Shown here in pieces: positions 60,226-64,000 of a stretch of 64,000 nucleotides of DNA. The stretch covers positions 11,842,001 through 11,906,000 of the forward strand of contig NC_092672.1 of assembly GCF_964355755.1 (NCBI RefSeq), in the 5' to 3' direction. Both the position numbers and the translations under genes were made by a program. Source of the DNA: Antedon mediterranea (taxonomy: Eukaryota > Animalia > Echinodermata). The notes beneath the pieces were generated by a model. It saw nothing but the letters and a program-made list of their open reading frames with translations, was not told where the DNA came from and did not search any database. Within the stretch, counting starts at the first letter, position 1. Every line of letters begins with the position of its first letter.

Positions 60226-61680
60226 ATGTACGTTTTAGGCATTGGAATGCCTTTTGGAACATGGGTAGTTTTGTATTTGTTGATGTTTCAGAGAATATGT
60301 TCCTTATCCGGATTCATTAAGGAGCCTGCGGATGAAAATCAAGCAGAAGGTGATTTGACATATTTCAACTGTATTGTAAGAGGACTCGATGAAACTCACT
60401 ATGTTTCTTGGTTGCATAATGGACGCAAGATTAGTAAAAATTATGACATTATATCAGATAACAATCGATATTCAATCGAGTTTGATTCTAATTCTAGAAA
60501 ATACAACTTTGAAATTGAGAATACTCAAAGGCAAGATAAAGGAGAATACGTATGCGCAGTTTATGATAGCAGTGACAGCATTGTGGTCAAATCTAGAACA
60601 GCTAATTTAACAGTTTCAGAAATTCCTCAAGAACCTTACCCTCTTTGTCATAACGCTAAGCTAAGCTATTCCGCTGGACAAAGTGTGCTTCTTTCATGTA
60701 TATCTGAAAAGACATCTCCTCTTGCTCATTTAAAATGGAGACACAGTAATATTGATGTTACGACAGGATTAAGTGAAGACACATCTAGTGGTAATTACAA
60801 AGTATCGTATTCATTTATTGCAAGACAATCCAATAATAGAGCAATATTTATATGTGAATTAACAACATCCGTTAACCCAATTATAAGAAGGAATTGTTCT
60901 ATTGGACCTATCAATGTTTTATATGCGCCTGTTGTTCGTATTGAACAAACGAGTGACGTCATACTTGGTAATGAAGCCATCTTCATTTGTTATAGTGATG
61001 CAAATCCAAAAGAAGCTACATATCAATGGAGTTTTGATCCACCCATAGACGAAACTATGTATTATTTAGAAAATGAATTTATTTTGAGAATTAAAAACAC
61101 AGTAAATAGTTTAAATGGTATACAAGTTATCTGCAAAGTAACGAATTCTATTGGAAGTGAGTCAAACAAATTAATAATCAAAGTAAAAACGAGAGGAGAT
61201 ATGCCAGACAATGAAGATGTAGAATATGACAAAACATTCGAAGAAAATATAGATATATCTGATAGTAAAATGGTAAATAAAAATCAGCAATTGCTGCGAA
61301 CAAGATCACCAACTATAAACAACAGTAATACGAATTCAGATATTTCAATATCTCTAGTTGTCATCATTGCAGTTGTATGTATTATAGTAATTCTAGGTTT
61401 GGCATTGATACCTGTTGGTTACATGAGATATACACGTAGACAACCCAGTGACATCATCAATAGAGGAAGACCTGTGTCAATACCTGATGTATACTTTGAA
61501 CCTAGAGATCACATAGATCCTATGCTACCACAGTTAGGCTTAGCAGCTCCATGGATGAGGACAGTAGGAGTTCAAGTTCCTGGTGAATGTGAATATGATG
61601 TAACGTATAATACACAAGTTATGCCACAGTTACGACAGGTTTACTACTCACAAAGAATGTACCCAGCAGCTTCACTGTAG
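60226..61680 (+). CDS. Array copy 18 (subfamily D ectodomain, copy 1-4-type tail end; last unit)
   Basis: 484 aa intact ORF ending PAASL-TAG. No further unit is visible up to 64000. Confidence 0.93.
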   Translation: MYVLGIGMPFGTWVVLYLLMFQRICSLSGFIKEPADENQAEGDLTYFNCIVRGLDETHYVSWLHNGRKISKNYDIISDNNRYSIEFDSNSRKYNFEIENTQRQDKGEYVCAVYDSSDSIVVKSRTANLTVSEIPQEPYPLCHNAKLSYSAGQSVLLSCISEKTSPLAHLKWRHSNIDVTTGLSEDTSSGNYKVSYSFIARQSNNRAIFICELTTSVNPIIRRNCSIGPINVLYAPVVRIEQTSDVILGNEAIFICYSDANPKEATYQWSFDPPIDETMYYLENEFILRIKNTVNSLNGIQVICKVTNSIGSESNKLIIKVKTRGDMPDNEDVEYDKTFEENIDISDSKMVNKNQQLLRTRSPTINNSNTNSDISISLVVIIAVVCIIVILGLALIPVGYMRYTRRQPSDIINRGRPVSIPDVYFEPRDHIDPMLPQLGLAAPWMRTVGVQVPGECEYDVTYNTQVMPQLRQVYYSQRMYPAASL

Positions 61681-61965
61681 ATTATGTTATTGTTTGAAAA
61701 CTGATTGCTTATTATTGCTGATTTCTTAATTACCTGTACCTGGAGTATTTTCATATTAACCATGATAACATGTATCATTATTCTCACACAGACCAATTAT
61801 ATCCGCCAATTCCGTAATGCATACATCATGTAAGAGGTTAAGTGTTGTGTTATGGTGTATGAAACATATGACACTATATTTCGGAATTTTCCTTGATACT
61901 TGTAAAATCTACAGTACGGAGAAACGATTGCTTTATATAACATGATGATCATTTTATTCATTACA

Positions 61966-61971
61966 AATAAA
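61966..61971 (+). terminator. First AATAAA downstream of the last array ORF (candidate polyA signal)
   Basis: AATAAA at 61966, another at 62111. The motif is common by chance in AT-rich DNA. Confidence 0.3.
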
Positions 61972-64000
61972 GCCTAAATGTGTAGTGTTTTCCTCAATTG
62001 TAAGTGACAAAATGATGTTCTAAATGTACCATCCATGGGTTAAACCAATCGCCATTACGTATTACAATGTGAATTATAAGGCTTAATTGCTATAATTATG
62101 TAAATAGTCAAATAAAAAAAGCACCAATTGGTATTGTTTTTGTAAATGTTATAATAATGTTCAATATTAATTTGATAACTGCAAATTATTAAAGGCAAAC
62201 ATTTTTAAACATACCATCCACAGTTTGTTCCCCTCTACATCATTATGTATATTATAATGAGGATTATAAATGAATTATTATAATTATGTAAATACAGTAG
62301 TTATTATAGCTTACTTTATACGTCTGTATTCAGTAATGTTAACAATGTAGCACAACTTCAAATAAATATAATTGTCATGATTTGTGTTTTTAGTACAGCA
62401 CAACTTAAACAACCCCACCAATTATGTATTTATTTGTCTGAATGTGTACAATTACGTAATAATGATCCTCTTAATACTGAATGATAACGACTATGATACA
62501 TTGATCTGCAATCGGCCTACATAATTTGAGTTTGTGAAATGTACTGTGTAACTATTTGGACTCATACTCTGTACTGTTCTATGTTCTTTCTTTCTCTATT
62601 TACCCATAAATATAAATTATAAACATTGCAACATACAAATAATAATAATTATATCAATGTTAATTTATGAATGACGTAATACGTGTTTATACAATATTAA
62701 TAGTAGTTTTTTATATGAAGCACAATATCTAAAATATGATTATTATTTTATATTTTTTAAATGTTATAACAATACGAAACAATGATTACCGTAAAATGTA
62801 TATTTTAAATTTAAAATGTGAATCAGTGTCGTTTCTGTCAATATTTTGAATACAATTCATGTATAAACCTAAAAAAAAAATAATGTTAAATCATAGGTTA
62901 TTTTCCAAGTCGTCTTGATTATTTACCATAATATTTGAATAGGCCTATGTACGTTTTTGTAAATCTGATTCGATGTTGACATTTATCATTGTAAATATTG
63001 TAAAATAGGCATCAAATAATGTTGTCACTAGTGATAAGGGTAAAGAGTACAGTTTAATAGGATCAATAATTATCTATTTCAGACATGACATGCTTTTCAT
63101 AGTTATAGGCCATATTGCCTGAATAGATGACTCATGAAGACAAGAGCATCGATGCTCTTATTACCAAGAGGATTGAAATCGATGGCTCTTTCCGCTACGT
63201 TGCTTAGCAGTATATTGTGTACAGTAATAAATTATGTAAATTTACAAAATGTATAGAGTTTTTGCTATTAAAATGTCAAGCAAGAACCTGGCAACCAACT
63301 CTTATTACACTATAATTTGCCAGAAACTAAAATGTATGCCCAATAATGTTAGCGAAACTGTGATCTGGATAGAATGACACATTATAATAATATAATATAA
63401 TGTTCTCATGTAATCATTATATTAAAAACGTTAATTTTAAAATGTGGTTACTAGGTTTGTTATCATTATACAATAACCATTTATGTCAACTTAATTGTAA
63501 ATAATTATTGTAGTCTGATATAATTATATTAATAATAGTATGTATTTAGAGATTCTTTATAATAGATTATTGTTACCTTTTAGATTAATATTATTAGTTA
63601 ATGGATATCTGTGTGTGTGTTAATTAAACAAATATTGTTACCACATATTGTACATATACAATGTTATAACATATAACAATATTTAGGCTTCTTATATCAT
63701 AGATATTTTTAAATAGGTCCTAGAGTGTTTTAAATTTTACATACTACCGTTATTATATTCATGATTACTATAAATGTTATTATTGTGTGCACTTAATGAA
63801 TGGAGTAATGAGTGACACCCAATTCATTTTATTGCTGATATCGATATAAAGTTATTTGTCAAATATAATGTACTTGATCCTTGTTTAATTTATATGGTGT
63901 TTGTTATTTTTTTGCTATGTGGCTTGCGCGTACTGGGCTACTATTCGCTAACTCAACAACCACGGTTGCTTTACGACATGTGATGCTTCTATACAATATT

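Larger units (their letters stand above)
31680..61680 (+). repeat. Tandem gene array, 18 units, ATG-to-ATG period 1626-1784 nt
   Basis: Computed from ORF starts. The tail block acagtaggagttcaagttcctggtgaatgtgaat recurs once per unit. Confidence 0.97.

Noticed and set aside
40818-60986. Recurrent antisense and alternative-frame ORFs inside array genes (e.g. ..LLDPLPMELVT.., MLIAVRIL.., MDARLVKIMTL..)
   Set aside because: They are shadows of the duplicated sense CDS, with variable ends and no independent coding signal.
31680-61680. Viral or prokaryotic origin suggested by intronless, densely packed ORFs; CRISPR-like reading of the repeats
   Set aside because: There are no viral or bacterial genes, the flanks are gene-poor with animal TEs, a paralogue sits in ordinary genomic context, and the repeats are whole genes.
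61700-64000. Search for a 19th array unit or shared constant exons downstream
   Set aside because: Only AT-rich non-coding sequence is present, with no tail block or coding exon recognisable. Each unit already has its own tail and stop.

Overview
AT-rich, repeat-rich animal genomic DNA (gene-poor flanks with MITEs, a LINE relic and frequent TAGGCCTA; an invertebrate, possibly an echinoderm, which is inference only). The dominant feature is a head-to-tail array at 31680-61680 of 18 intact, intronless, same-strand ORFs (period about 1.63-1.78 kb). Each encodes a type I membrane Ig-superfamily receptor: signal peptide, V-type Ig, two more Ig domains, low-complexity stalk, TM helix and an ~85 aa tail. 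A 19th, more divergent intronless paralogue lies alone at 3914-5317. Four properties make the array unusual. (1) Stop-to-ATG spacers are only 183-242 nt (one is 332), and most lack AATAAA. (2) Ectodomains are diverse and mosaic, while the tail-coding DNA is almost invariant, including synonymous sites. (3) The duplicated unit appears permuted (tail + spacer + next ectodomain). (4) A TAACACAA-type motif follows the internal stops. This looks like a compact, possibly polycistronic, variable-ectodomain/constant-tail recognition receptor system. Transcript structure and function cannot be determined from sequence alone.
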